From positions 5,766,001 to 5,830,000 of the forward strand of contig NC_043000.1 of assembly GCF_006345805.1 (NCBI RefSeq): a DNA stretch of 64,000 bases, in the 5' to 3' direction. Below, one piece after another: positions 23,984 through 36,879 of the stretch (its first letter is position 1; each line of letters starts with the position of its first letter). A program made the position numbers and the translations under genes. The notes beneath the pieces were generated by a model. The model saw nothing but the letters and a program-made list of their open reading frames with translations, was not told the DNA's origin and searched no databases. The stretch is from Octopus sinensis. Lineage: Eukaryota.

Positions 23984-24041
23984 TCATCACATCATCATCA
24001 TCATCATCATCATCACCATCATCACCATCATCATCATCATC

Positions 24042-24100
<59 letters not shown>

Positions 24101-24310
24101 CATCATCGTCATCATCATCATCATCCTCATCATCATCATCATCATCATCATCACCATCATCATCTTCCTAACCATCATCTTCAACATCGTCATCACCATC
24201 ATCATCGTCATCATCATCATCGCCGCCATCATCATCATCATCTTCCTAACATCATCTTCAACATCGTCATCACCATCATCATCGTCATCGTCATCATCAT
24301 CATCAGCGAC
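23138..24310. repeat. (GAT/GGT)n array 23138-23490 and (CAT)n array 23810-24310
   Basis: Seen directly. The CAT array has three copies of a CCTAAC(C)ATCA(C/T)C..CAACATCGTC higher-order unit. Confidence 0.92.
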
Positions 24311-24744
24311 AACGGCAGCCATTATTATAACAACAACGACAATTTCAGTATGTGTACGGCAGTGTTAACAGTCAGTAAATACGCCTATTTCCGTGTAAGC
24401 ACGCCAGCATATGTTGGCACACGTGTATGCTTGCTGCGTGTACTTGGTGTATGTGTATATGTATGCAACCGTGTGTGGTGTGTGCTTGTACGTGTATGTG
24501 TGTAAGTATATACGCGCGCGCGTGTGTGTGTGTGTGCACCTTGTCTGCGTGCGTGCGTGTGTGCATTGAGTCGTTTCCAAGACAACGATATTTGTAACGC
24601 ATCCATAAAAGCCTGTAGCGAAAAAACGTCGTTTTATTCCTCAGCCAAGTGCGAAGCCATGACAAGAGAGACTGGCAAATATAATCGAATGAGACTGTCT
24701 GTTCTCTCATGTTAAAATATTAGTCGCGCCGGTAGATAGTGCTT

Positions 24745-24745
24745 A

Positions 24746-24809
<64 letters not shown>

Positions 24810-24855
24810 TAACAACAACAACAACAACAACAATAATAACAACAGCAACAACAAC

Positions 24856-24890
<35 letters not shown>

Positions 24891-25016
24891 TAACAACAAC
24901 AACAACAACAACAACAACAATAACAACAACAACAACAACAACAATAATATAATAATAATAATAATAACAACAACAACAACAACAACAATAATAACAACAC
25001 AACAACAATAATAATA

Positions 25017-25060
<44 letters not shown>

Positions 25061-25065
25061 TAATG
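24745..25065. repeat. (TAA/CAA)n array
   Basis: Seen directly. Confidence 0.95.
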
Positions 25066-25120
25066 GTGAGGATGATTTCAAATTCTGGCACAAGGCCAGC
25101 TATTTAGGAGGAGGGGTTAA

Positions 25121-25612
25121 TACCAAAGCCAAACTTACAAATACTTAGGAATCCATGAACTAGATAAGACACAACACACACAAATGAAAGAGAAAATAAA
25201 AAAAGAATATTATAGAAGAGTTAGATCAATACTAAAAACAGAGCTCAATGCTAAAAACAAGATAACAGGTATTAACACTTTAGCTGTTATAAGTTACAGC
25301 TACACTATCCTTAACTGGACACGAAATGAACTGACCAAAATAGATAGGAAAACAAGAAAAATAATGACAGGGTCTAGGATGCATCACCCAAAATCTGACA
25401 TAGAAAGACTATATATACAAGGTATAGAAGGTGGTAGAGGCCTTATACAGCTGGAAAACTACTATAAAATAACCACCATAGGACTGCAAAAATATCTACT
25501 TCAGAAGGAAAGGAAAACTGATACAAATAGCGGCAAACCACGAGCAAACAAAAACTGTTCTCAGTATTTAAGGAAGCTGACAAACAAGAAATCATACCAC
25601 CTAATAACAATA

Positions 25613-25643
<31 letters not shown>

Positions 25644-26689
25644 AAGAAGAAGAAGATAAGAAGAAGAGAAGAAGAAGAAGAAGAAGAAGAAGAAAAGAAG
25701 AAGAGAAGAAAGAAAAGAAGAAGAAGAAGAAGAAGAAGAAGAAGAAGAAGAAAAATAACAAAAGCTATAAAACAAATGAAATCAAAACTAAACTAGAACA
25801 GCAAAGAACCATGATAAAACGATGGCAAGAAAAACCCCTTCACGGTAAATACTGGACTAAACTAAATGCAAAAGAAATAGACAAAGAAAAATCCCAGCAA
25901 TGGTTGAGAAGCTCAGGACTCAAAGCAGAGACAGAGGGATTTTTAATTGCAGCACAAGACCAAAGCCTCCCCACCAGAAATTACCAAAAACATGTAATGA
26001 AAAGAAATATAACAAGTAACTGCAGAATATGTGGAGATGGACAAGAAACAATAAATCATATTATCTCTGGCTGCCCAGTCCTGGCTAAGAAAGAATATAT
26101 TCACAGACATGACAGAGTTGGAACCTACATACACTGGAGGCTCTGCCAACATTATGGAATAACAACAGAAAAAAGATGGTATAGGCACACACCAGAAAAG
26201 GTCACAGAAAACGAGAAAGCAACCATACTCTGGGACATGCCGATACACACAGATAGAGAAATTAAGGCCAACAGACCAGATATAGTTCTCAGAGATCATG
26301 AAGAAAAAAATGCTTTCTAATTGATGTATCAATACCGGCAGATGATAACGTGTCTCTAAAAGAAATGGAGAAACTTTCAAAATACAAAGACCTGGAAATG
26401 GAGGTAACCAGAATGTGGAATCTAAAAACAGAAACAATTCCTATCATAGTAGGTGCATTAGACATGATAAAAAAATATTCAGACAAATACATAACAAAAA
26501 CACCAGGACTTACAAACACATATAACATACAGAAAATTGCACTACTAGGCACTGCACACATCCTACGCAGAACACTTTCCATACAATAACCATCAGAGCA
26601 TCACAACAAATCACAGCACATACCCAAGACACACAGAGCTGCGCTCGGTAGTGAAGTGAAAGCACGCTATAAAAATAAAACTACTGAAT
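25121..26689 (+). mobile_element. R4/Dong-clade non-LTR retrotransposon, 5'-truncated, with complete 3' end
   Basis: YKYLG..ELNAKNKITGINTLAV..DRKTRK..HHPKSDIERLY..GGRGL; ETEGFLIAAQDQSL; CRICGDGQETINHIISGC (CCHC); RHD; ANRPDIVLRD (RLE); KLSKYKDL..TAHILRRTLSIQ*. 3' UTR then (TAA)n; +1 A frameshift near 26310. Confidence 0.93.
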
Positions 26690-26690
26690 G

Positions 26691-26730
<40 letters not shown>

Positions 26731-26731
<1 letters not shown>

Positions 26732-27183
26732 CAGCAAATATTCTGCTCAATACCACAGATTTGCTTGTCAGTTGTTTGACCTTAACCAGTTGAGCATGTC
26801 CCTTAGTGGCTGACGATATGTGCATCTCTGATCACGAGCAGAAGTAGTGGGGGAGCATCATAGCCATGTGTTGAGGGGGATTCTTTGGGGTTTGAATAAT
26901 TCACCTCTGGAAACATGGGTGGTTCTTTCAACATCCTTAAACAACCCTTATTCAGGGACCGTTTGAGCGGGATGGGCTACTCAACCTGAAGAAAATTCTA
27001 ACTGGGCCCCACCTGCAAGGTCATGTGCTGTTTATCTTGATATGAGATCACCATGTCGCGCACATATAGTTGTGATGCATGTGCCTGGTGTACCTTTATC
27101 AGACGGGTAGTCATGATGGGTATATTGGGCTTCGTATATTTTACCCCAGTGTCACTTTGATGGCATGAACTGCTCTCTCACTC

Positions 27184-27184
<1 letters not shown>
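26731..27184 (+). mobile_element. 5'-truncated copy of the ~550 bp TAA-flanked element
   Basis: Matches 49520-49970; sits between two TAA arrays. Confidence 0.88.
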
Positions 27185-27217
<33 letters not shown>

Positions 27218-27404
27218 TCCCTTCTACTATAGGCACAAGGCCTGAAATTTGGGGAGAGGTAGCCAGTCGATTAGATCGACTCCACTACGCAACTGGTACT
27301 TAATTTATCGACCCCGATACGATGAAAGGCAAAGTCGACCTGGGTGGAATTTGAACTCAGAACGGACGGAAAGACAGACGAAATAACGCTATGCATTTCG
27401 CCCG

Positions 27405-27405
<1 letters not shown>
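27218..27405 (-). mobile_element. SINE family B variant with (ATT)n tail
   Basis: TCTACTATAGGCACAAGGCCTGAAATTT..GAAAGGCAAAGTCGAC..GAATTTGAACTCAG on +. Confidence 0.85.
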
Positions 27406-27454
<49 letters not shown>

Positions 27455-27457
<3 letters not shown>

Positions 27458-28195
27458 GGGAGTATTACGAAAGAGCTATATTAATATTAAACACTGAACT
27501 TAACGCTAAAAGTAAGATAATAGGTATAAACACGCTAGTCATACCAGTCATAAATTACAGCTTCGACATAATAAACTGGAAGATCAGTGAACTGGGAAAA
27601 TTAGATAGAAAAACCAGAAAACTGTTAACAGCATACCGAAATCGCCACCCCAAAGCAGATGCAGGCAGAATACATCTACCCCGCTCAGAAGGAGGCCGTG
27701 GCATGATACAGATAGAAAACTATTACAAAATAACAACAGTTGGACAAGAAGAGCACTTCGAAACTAAAAGTGAAAGACTACTAGATATAATAAAGCAATA
27801 CGAGAAAAAGAAAAGTCTGTCTCTGTACACAAAGAAGCGACAAAATACAAAATAGGAACAAACTACATTGATACACTGACCTCAGATGACAACATAGCAG
27901 TAACGGTCAAAGAGACAAAGAAGTAATGTGAAAACAGAATTAGAAAACATACTAAAGAAGAAATGGAGAGAGAAATCAGCCCATGGCCAACACCCTGCAA
28001 GGCTTTTTTAGGGAAGAAATGAACCTAAGTAAAAGCCAACAATGGATCAAAAGGTCTGGACAAAAAACTGAAACGGAAGGACCGATTCTGGCTGCACAAG
28101 ACCAATGTGTGACCATGAACAGCTATAAAAGCAAAATAATGAGAACAGGTCCTAACAGAAGTGCAGAATATGCAACCAACACAATGATGTTGTAT
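27455..28195 (+). mobile_element. Second R4/Dong subfamily fragment
   Basis: EYYERAILILNTELNAKSKIIGINTLVIPVINYSF..DRKTRK..HPKADAGRIHLPRSEGGRGM; SQQWIKRSGQKTETEGPILAAQDQ; begins directly after (TAA)n. Confidence 0.85.
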
Positions 28196-28460
28196 TTTAT
28201 TGACCCCTGAGAGATGAAGAGCAAAGTTATCCCTTTCAGTGCAACTTGATGCAATAAAATAAAATACAATGTACTTTAATCAAGGGACTGCTTACAAAAT
28301 GTGTGTCGGGTAGAATAGACAAGTTATATAAACATGAAGAATGTAGTGAAAGACATTAGCCAATGCAAGGATTTACGTTAAGAACCAAAAATCACAAATA
28401 CCGGGAATAAGTAATAGAGTAAAATATAATAAAGTGCATACCGTTGCTATTATGTTAAAC

Positions 28461-28790
28461 TGTCGTATGTCCAAATTTGGCTAAATTAGCTTTTTTTTTA
28501 ATATTTGATTTTGCTTGCAATAGCCGGTTCTTTTGGTCAAACTATTGTATCTCCAGTTGCTTCAGATGTAAAATATGAAAATTTTCAAAGTGTAGTAGAA
28601 CGGTTAAGTATTTTTCGAAAGTGTAGTAAGTCCCAGAAACGACAGTTTTGGAAAAATATTTCTGAATGAAAATATCAGACTTACAACAAAGTATTATTGT
28701 TAAGCTGAAACTGTTGCTAATGTTAAAAGAAATAGAATGGAGAAACTATTTTTTCGTTTTCTGAAAAAGCAAAGTTTTGGACTTACGACA
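28461..28790. mobile_element. Possible MITE with imperfect 16 bp inverted ends
   Basis: TGTCGTATGTCCAAAT (28461-28476) vs TTTTGGACTTACGACA (28775-28790), 14/16 match; no TSD identified. Confidence 0.4.
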
Positions 28791-28877
28791 CTTTTGCATA
28801 ATAGCAGCTGTACTAATTAAAATAGATTCAGTTTTTTTAAAAAGCACACCTACCAATAGATAGTTGGGAAACATATG

Positions 28878-29270
28878 TGCAGGTGTAGTTCTGTGGTAAG
28901 AAGCTTACTTCCCAACCACATGGCTCCGGCCTTACTGCTACTGCGTGTCAATCTTGGGCAAGTGTCTTCTATTATAGTCTCGAGCCGGCCAAAGCACTGT
29001 GAATGGATTTGGTAGACGGAAAGTGGAAGAAGCCCGGCGCGCATGTGTGTGTGTATGTGTGTGTTTGTTTGTTCCCTACCACCGCTTGACAACCGGTGTT
29101 GGTATATTTACGTCTCCGTAACTTAGCAGTTCGGCAAAAGAAACCGATAGAATAAGTACTAGGCTTTAAAAAAAATAAATCCTGGTGCCGATGTTCGACT
29201 AAAACCCTTCAAAGCGGTGCCCCAGCATGGCCGCATTCAAATGACTGAAAGGAGTGAAAGATAAACGATA
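28878..29270 (+). mobile_element. SINE family A
   Basis: GCAGGTGTAGTTCTGTGGTAAGAAGCTTACTTCCCAACCAC head through TGACTGAAAGGAGTGAAAGA tail. Confidence 0.88.
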
Positions 29271-30200
29271 AACCGCCATCTGTGTACATCAGCCTCTTTT
29301 CCTGTGTTTTTGACCAAATAAGTTCTCTACTTATTCCCTGTCTTATTCAGAGTTGAAGATTCCAGAATCTACTGTGAGGGGCTTTGGGGTAACGGAAAGT
29401 CACTAATTAATGTCTTATAAGTACCGAATATAAGAGATATGAGGGGTTTTTTTAAGCAGCAGTACAGACATAGAACATTTGCATCCGATCGTCCAGATCG
29501 TGTCTAGATAAAATATTTGCTAGGTCTGTTAGAATTAGTCTAAGATCCACAGTATTGACCGGTAAGCATAATAGGTCACAGTTCATGGTTTGTATGATCG
29601 ATCTATATGCGACACATAGGAAGACACTAAATTCGTTGTTTTAGGCGCACAAGACCAGCAGCGACTGGCCAGATTAGCGAATTAGTTAAACGGCTCATGG
29701 GGACGATCGCCAACGATTGGTGGTGGGACACTCTAAAAAGAGCAATTAAAATTGAATCGATAGCTGGTAAAATTAAATAGAGGTAAACTACTGGATACAA
29801 TAGAGTCGATAACCCTGTCTGCCAGTCACTTTGTGACCTTGAGCCTATGTGATGAATCGTTATTTTCCTATGAGCTCAGTGGATGTTAGAGCAACGGACA
29901 AAATAGCTTATGCCAAATTTCTCTTTAGCTATAAAATCTGCAAATTTTTTTCCAAACCAGCCTTATGTCATATAAGATTAAAAGACGGTTACTCTTAAAG
30001 TTAACTGTTTACTTCATTGAACCGAAGTGTTATCTAGTGTGTTAGTCGATATTTTGCGTACAACACGAAAATATTAAGACTAGGATGTATCTTTGAATCA
30101 TATTAATGAAATGAAAAACAAGCCAAGGAGAACGACTCTACACAGTTGTTCGACCAGCGAGGAATAAGCTAAATCGCTATCAAGTTCATACTGTCATTAA

Positions 30201-30254
<54 letters not shown>

Positions 30255-30257
<3 letters not shown>

Positions 30258-31612
30258 TTTTACTATAGGCACAAGGCCTGAAACTTGGGTTGGGGAGATG
30301 AGTCGATTACATCGACCCCAATACTCAACTGGTACTTATTTTATCGACCCCGAAAAAATGAAAGGCAAAGTCGACCACGCCGGAATTTGAACTCAGAACA
30401 TGAAGACGGACGAAATACCGTTTAGTATTTCGCCCAGTGTGCTAACGATTCTGCTAGCTCGCCACCTTAATAATAATCATAATAAAGATTTCAAGTTTTG
30501 GCTCAAGGCCAGCAATTTCAGAGGAGGTAAAAGTTGATTACATCGACTCCAATACTCAACTGGTACTTATTTCATCGACCCGAAAAGATGAAAGGCAAAG
30601 TCGACTACGGCAGAATTTGAACCCAGAACGTGACGACAGACGAAATACCCATTTCTTTACTACCCACAAGGGGCTAAACACAGAGGAGACAAACAAAGAC
30701 AGACGAACGGATTAAGTCGATTAGATCGACCCCAGTGCATAACTGGTACTTATTTAATCGACCCCGAAAGGATGAAAGGCAAAGTCGACCTCGGCGGAAT
30801 TTGAACTCAGAACATAACAGCGGACGAAATACGGCAACGCATTTCGCCCGGCGAGCTAACGTTTCTGCTAGCTCGCCGCCTTCATGATAATCATAACAAA
30901 CTTTTACACTCTAGGCACAATGCCCGAAATCGTTAGTCCGGTGTGCTAACGATTCTGCTAGCTCGCCGCCTTAATAATAATCATAATAATGATTTCATGT
31001 TTTGGCACAAGGCCAGTAATTTCGGTGGAGGGGCCCAGTCGATTAGATCGACCTCAGTACGCAACTAGTACTTAATTTATAGACCCTGAAAGGATGAAAA
31101 GCAAAGTCGACCTCGGCGGATTTTGAACTCAGAACGTAAAGACAGACGAAATACCGCTAAGCATTTCGCCCGGCGTGCTAACGTTTCTTATTTCTTTATT
31201 GCCCACAAGGGGCTAAATATAGAGGAAACAAACAAGGACAGATAAAGAGATTAAGGCGATTATATCGACCCCAGTGCGTAACTGGTACTTATTTAATCGA
31301 CCCCGAAAGGATGAAAGGCAAAGTTGACCTCGGCGGAATTTGAACTCAGAACGTAGCAGCAGACAAAATACCTATTTCTTTACTACCCACAAGGGGCTAA
31401 ACACAGAGAGGGCAAACAAGAACAGACAAACGGATTAAGTCGATTACATGGACCCTAGCGCGTAGCTGGTACTTAATTTATCGATCCCGAAAGGATGAAA
31501 GGCAAAGTCGACCTCGGCGGAATTTGAACTCAGAACGTAGCGACGGGCGAAAAACCGCTAAGCATTCCGCCCGGCGTGCCAACGATTCTGCCAGCTCGCC
31601 GCCTTCGTAATA
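30255..31612 (-). mobile_element. Head-to-tail array of ~7 family B SINE copies
   Basis: Repeated GAAAGGCAAAGTCGAC..GAATTTGAACTCAGAAC blocks. Both tail variants alternate, with TAATAATCATAATA spacers. Confidence 0.9.
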
Positions 31613-32254
31613 ATCATAATAATGAACAAGAAATGACACATCGGATAATATAATCTTGCCGGAATAACTATAGATAGAATAGCTTTAATCCTAGGTCTGC
31701 TAACTTTTGTTAGCAGACCTATGTGCGTCTTCATAGTCACACTGCTAGTTTCCCCCTATCTTCTACCTCACCTTTCTGATGATCCTCTCATTCTAACATT
31801 TTCAGATATTCTATGATCGTCTTCAGCATGGTCCTCATCGGAACTAAACGACGACAACGATGACGACAACGAAAAGAACAAGGAAAAATGCGATAAAATA
31901 AGAAGCAGAAATTGAATGTGCGGCAAAATCGATTATTTGGAAATGCAACTTCCGTCTAAAATGATATTTATGAAATATTTATATTATTTATACTGATACA
32001 TAACGTGAGAAAATGTCCATTTCTCCTTTCAGCTGTAAATAGAAATATGCTGTTCATGGCCACTAGAAAACTGAGCAGTGCGTCTGTTTGCACTTTGTGC
32101 ATCCTCGAATTACAAAGGTAGGATAAGAGGAAATCTGAAACTTAACTACCACAATCTTACAAGGAAATCTTTCGTGAAAGGCTGCACTTCAGTTCAGAAA
32201 CAGATATCAGAAAGAACGGCAATAACAGCAACCCCAAAGAATCGAAGCTCCTTT

Positions 32255-32319
<65 letters not shown>

Positions 32320-33117
32320 GTATTTATGTATAGATGTAAGTATGTGTGTATGTGTGCGAGCAATATCGTTAAAGAGATATGAAAGAAGAGGGAACCAGAG
32401 AAAGAGACAGAAAAAGAGGGGGGTAGATTGGGGAAGGGGATGATGGGGGGATGTTGTGGAAGGTAGGGGTGGATTGAAAGGAGGAGGAGAAGAAGTAGAA
32501 GGAGAAGGAGACGAACAGAGAAGAGGAGGAGTGGGAGGGGAAGGAGCAAATGAGAGGAGTGGGAAAATTAAAGACTGCGAAGGAAAAGAGGGTGAAGAGA
32601 TGAAGAAGGGAGAAAAGGATTGAAATAGTGAGTTACGATGAAAAGGGATCGGGTAGGGGATGGGGGAGGGAGAAGTGGAGGAGGACGGAGGAGGAGGAGG
32701 AGGAGGAGGAGTAGATTTGACATTTAACAAGCAAAAATACCAAGTAGTAGAGAACACTTTAAAGATCCTTTTACAGATGAAACAGATTAAAGGGTCAGTT
32801 GTAATTCGCAGCCCTTTTATTCCATCGTCGTGTTCTAATGTGCATTCAGGAGGCCGCCGAGGTATTAGAATTCTGTTTGGTAGATTACGTAATCTTTTAA
32901 CATCCCTGATGGAATAGACTTCGACTCATCTGCGTAGATTATAGATAGAGTTTATCTCAGACTGCAGCATCTAATACACATTTCCTTTATGTTTTAGAGA
33001 CGATAGGGTCTGATTTGAGAGACATTTGGTTTCTATTTCCGTAAGGTCAAGCGACTATGTATTGCCTTTCCTCGATTACATATTTCCTCGATTACATAAT
33101 ACGCGATACATAATTAC

Positions 33118-33327
33118 TATTTACTTGTTTCAGTCATTTGACTGCGGCCATGCTGGAGCACCGCCTTTAGTCGAGCAAATCGACCCCGGTACTTATTCTA
33201 TCGGTCACTTTTGCCGAACCACTAAGTTACGGGGACGTAAACACACCAGCATCGGTTGTCAAGCGATGTTAGGGGACAAATACAGACACACAAACACACA
33301 TACATATATACATATATATATATATAC

Positions 33328-33390
<63 letters not shown>

Positions 33391-33572
33391 ATATATATAC
33401 ATATATACGACGGGCTTCTTTCAGTTTCCGTCTACCAAATCCACTCACAAGGCTTTGGTCGGCCCGAAGCTACAGTAGAAGACACTTGCCCAAGGTGCCA
33501 CGCAGTGGGACTGAACCCGGAACCATGTGGTTCGTAAGCAAGCTACTTACCACACACCCACTCCTGCACCTA
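33118..33572 (-). mobile_element. SINE family A, full length, internal (TA)n
   Basis: Near-consensus head and tail on minus. Confidence 0.9.
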
Positions 33573-33939
33573 ATGTTTATAGTTTATGTTATAGCAGGAT
33601 TTTGAGGAGGCTCCGTTGAGAAATTTTAAAGGAACTGTGCGAAACCCATTTCATGAATACCGGTGTATTATTGGTACCTATTTTATCGAAAAGCGATGAA
33701 TTGGAAGAGCTGTTAACGCATCGGGAAAATAATAGTTATATGTATCCCTTTTAACCTTTTATGTTAAAACCACAGTCAATTTGCTTTTATTCACCTAGCG
33801 TCGATAATAAAAAGTTCCACACCAGAATCAGTAAATTAACGAAATCATTGGAGTGTTGTACAAAATGTATTGTGGTATTTGTTTCGGCTATTTACGTTCT
33901 TGGTGCACAGACATGTATAGAGAACTTGTCGTTGAGGAA

Positions 33940-34330
33940 CTAAATTGGTTCAAGGCAGGCTCCTAAAGGCAGTTTTCTATGCTGAACTGCGTCAGGACAA
34001 GCGAAGCCGTAGTGTCTAGAGGTCGTGATACAGGGATGTGCTGAAGAGACATATGGAATTCTAGTATCTCCCCAGACATCTGGGAGGAGAAGGCCCTGCG
34101 GCACGAAGAGTGGCACCAATTGCTGAAGCTCATAATTCCAGCCATTGAGAAGATATAACAGAGAGAACATGGAGGAGCACGTGATAGGCATCGCTTCTCC
34201 GTTGCGTCAAGAAGCTTTACCTGTAGTAGATGTTATCACTGTTGCAGATCAAGAGCAGACCTTGTAGCCCACATGTGAGCCTGCCAAAGAGGATTACTGA
34301 ACAAGTACAGTCAGCGTCGACGCACGACGG
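33940..34330 (+). mobile_element. RTE-clade LINE 3' end relic
   Basis: GRLLKAVFYAELRQDKRSR..YRDVLKRHM..WEEKALRHEEW..CSRCYHCCRSRADLVAH; 3' end GTCGACGCACGACGGACAGCTGAAGAA. Confidence 0.72.
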
Positions 34331-34499
34331 ACAGCTGAAGAAATTGGTGCAGAAAATGCAGAGCTGTTCTACGTGGTTGCTGGCCTAACCTACTCAAATA
34401 GAAACCAATGGAGGAACAGCAATTCATCATCGCGTCAGTAGAAAGTGATGCGTACATATCCTGCAAGCAAGATGATACTAACAACATTGACAAGAAGAA

Positions 34500-34985
34500 T
34501 AATCTCTCCTGCACGTGTGATGGACACATCCTGTCACATCTAGAAGTCTATGCCTTCATTATTCCGGAACAGAATACGGCAACTAAATACTTGATAAATA
34601 AAGGAAGTAAAGGTGCTTTTGAACTTCCACTTCGTTATAGAAAATGTCTACTGAACCATACCAGTGTGAAAGAAGCTTCCACATCAGCAGCGGCTGCCAA
34701 AACATGCCCGGATTGTTACATGTCATGAGCCACGACATTGTGGCCAAAGCTATTTATAATGCTATCCGTAGAAAAGATTGTTTTAATGACCATAAAAAGG
34801 CATTCAAGAACCACATTTTTAAAAGTAAAGAATGCTGTTCGCATATTCCAATAAAAAGACCAGTGTAGTACAAACACAACAAACCTGATAATGTTCTGTT
34901 GGACAGGAAAGAAAAGTCATACTCTGCCATAGAGGTCCAATGTGCAATGGATTCGATGGTTTCAGCTAAAGTTGTGTTTGATATT
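34500..34985 (+). mobile_element. Highly degenerate RLE-type non-LTR C-terminus
   Basis: SHLEVYAFIIPEQ..TKYLI..RKC..HISSGC..HDIVAKAIY..KHNKPDNVLLD..IEVQCAMD across frameshifts. Confidence 0.6.
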
Positions 34986-35061
34986 TGGACATTACTAAAT
35001 CCAAAATTACTGATGCACTTAGTAGATAGGAGCACTCTGTCGATTACGACGATGAGGGTCC

Positions 35062-35365
35062 CATGGAATTAACGTGCAAGTGGCTGAGCACTCCACAGAC
35101 ACGTGTACCCTTAACGTAGTTCTCGGGGAGATTCAGCGTGACACAGAGTGTGACAAGGCTGGCCTTTTGAAATACAGATACAACAGAAACAGGAAGTAAG
35201 AGTGAGAGAAAGTTGTGGTGAAAGAGTACAGCAGGGTTCATCACCACCCCCTGCAGGAGCCTCGTGAAGCTTTAGGTGTTTTCGCTCAATAAACACTCAC
35301 AATGCCCGGTCTGGGAATCGAAACCGCGAGTCCGCTGCCCTAACCACTGGGCCATTGCGCCTCCA
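35062..35365 (-). mobile_element. SINE family C head with a different 3' tail
   Basis: Head CTAACCACTGGGCCATTGCGCCTCCA (+) and GCTTTAGGTGTTTTCGCTCA shared with 10796-11098; tail differs. Confidence 0.8.
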
Positions 35366-35532
35366 ATGCACTTAGTATAGAAGATTAAAAACAAATGAAT
35401 TATATTTTAAAGCTTAAAATGTAGAAGAAATGATAAAAATCTATTGCTAACTTCGTTGTATTAATCCTATATGAGTATATAAGGGTGTTGAATTCGCAGA
35501 ATCTGTAGAGCGACAGGCAAGAATGCCTTGGA

Positions 35533-35935
35533 AGGCGTCGAGCTGGCAGAGTTGTTAGCACGCCGGGCGAAATGCTTAGCGATATGTCGTCTGCCGTTAC
35601 GTTCTGAGTTCAAATTCCGCCGAGGTCGACTTTGCCTTTCATCCTTTCGGGGTCGATAAATTAAGTATCAGTTACGCACCGGGGTCGATCTAATTGACTT
35701 AATCCCTTTGCCTGTCCTTGTTTATCCCCTCTATGTTTAGCCCCTTGTGGGCAATAGAGAAATAAGACAAGAATGCCTAGCAATATTTTTTCCGGTTCTT
35801 TACATTCTGAGTTCGAATCACGTCGAGATAACCTTTGCCTTTCATTCCAACGGCCTCCATAGAATAAAGTACCAGTCAAATACTGGCATCAATGGTATCG
35901 ACTATCCCCCTCCCCTCAATAACTTCTGGCCTTAT
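35533..35935 (+). mobile_element. SINE family B (35533-35765) plus a degenerate variant copy
   Basis: Consensus head, body and tail, then a second GAGTTCGAATC..CTTTGCCTTTCATTCC block. Confidence 0.85.
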
Positions 35936-36879
35936 GCTTAAGTTATATACTTGCAGTTAATCAAATATACTTCAGAGAATGGAGTTAGTCTTCGCCGGCA
36001 AGACATTATCCAATAAAATTGATTTAAAAAAAAGTACATGTAAAATTGTGCTGTACTTCATTAATTTCTCTTCTCTCAATTTTCACTGAAGAAGGACTCG
36101 GTTCGAAATGTCGAATTTTCCATTCCCCACTGCAAATTAGTTCTGCTATTTTTATCGATTTTAGTAAATAATACATGTGTGTATATAACAAAGTTATAAA
36201 TTACATTTTCAAGGCGCTCAAGCGTCATACGATAATATGGTTCTTGGTTCAAAAACAAAAGTTGTAATGGTTATAACAGGAATTTCTTTGGCTGACCTGG
36301 GGTTAAACGGTAGCAATAGCAGCCCGTTAAGGAGAATTTAATAAAGATATCCCTATTTTAAATGTTATTCGTGTGATAAGAAACTAAAAGTAAATGGCGG
36401 GGTAAAAACTGGAAAATAGAAATTCGATTGAATATATATCTAAAGTTTAATGGTTAAACAATTGATGATCCGATAGCAAATGTAATCCACATATTCACGT
36501 TGAATATCGATAAGGCATTCATTTGCTACGACTGGTTTTTTATTATTATTTTTTCATACATTTTTTTTCTTTTACGCATAATAAAGAGGCCATTGTTTTA
36601 CTGGCAGCATTTTAAACAAGCAGCCATCTTGCCTTCCATTAAAGCTCTTGTTGGAACCTTTGGCTGAGATATTGATGGCCATTTGATTCACTGCTACATT
36701 CTTTTATCATTTTTACAACAAAACTGCTTTTTGTAACGAAGAAATAAAGAATTATTTAATAACGCACAAAAGATAAAAGCAGTTTGCTTTCAACTAATTC
36801 ACACTTGTCTCATCAAACAAACCGATAGGATGTGCACACTCTAAAATTTTTGTCCTTTTTTTTTCTTTCTTCTTAGTTC

